A DNA stretch of 64,000 nucleotides from Botryllus schlosseri (Eukaryota). Below the pieces are notes generated by a model. The model ran no database searches and was not told the DNA's origin. It saw only the letters and a program-made list of their open reading frames with translations. The translations under genes and the position numbers were made by a program. Every line of letters starts with the position of its first letter. Positions within the stretch are counted from its first letter, which is position 1. Below are positions 63,953 to 64,000 of the stretch, in pieces. Where the stretch lies: NCBI GenBank assembly GCA_051294905.1, contig CM119372.1:21888001-21952000 (forward strand), written 5' to 3'.

Positions 63953-64000
63953 ATAACAATAACGATATAACAATTGTATGCATAGGCGCCGACTTTTATT

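Overview
AT-rich eukaryotic (animal) genomic DNA. An invertebrate chordate such as an ascidian is my guess from gene and repeat style, not something the sequence demonstrates. Two spliced host genes lie on the minus strand. (1) A complete 9-exon class A (rhodopsin-like) GPCR, 61497->46988, 387 aa as assembled by hand, with one transmembrane helix per internal exon and unusual switch residues (FRL for DRY, D3.32, R7.43). (2) The first two exons (32921-32706, 17599-17524) of a secreted, Cys-rich, short-collagen protein of collectin/ficolin/C1q-type architecture, whose C-terminal exons I could not find. Most of the rest is transposon-derived. There are more than 25 TIR elements/MITEs, many with readable 8-bp target-site duplications that split into Buster-type (NNNTANNN) and Ac-type (NTNNNNAN) classes, nested up to 3-4 deep. 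There are also decayed Buster/hAT and Chapaev3 transposases, CR1/L2 and R4/Dong-like LINE 3' ends, a tRNA-derived SINE family, and near-perfectly palindromic foldback elements. Almost all ORF-track entries are spurious. I found no rRNA, intact tRNA, CRISPR array or prokaryotic system.
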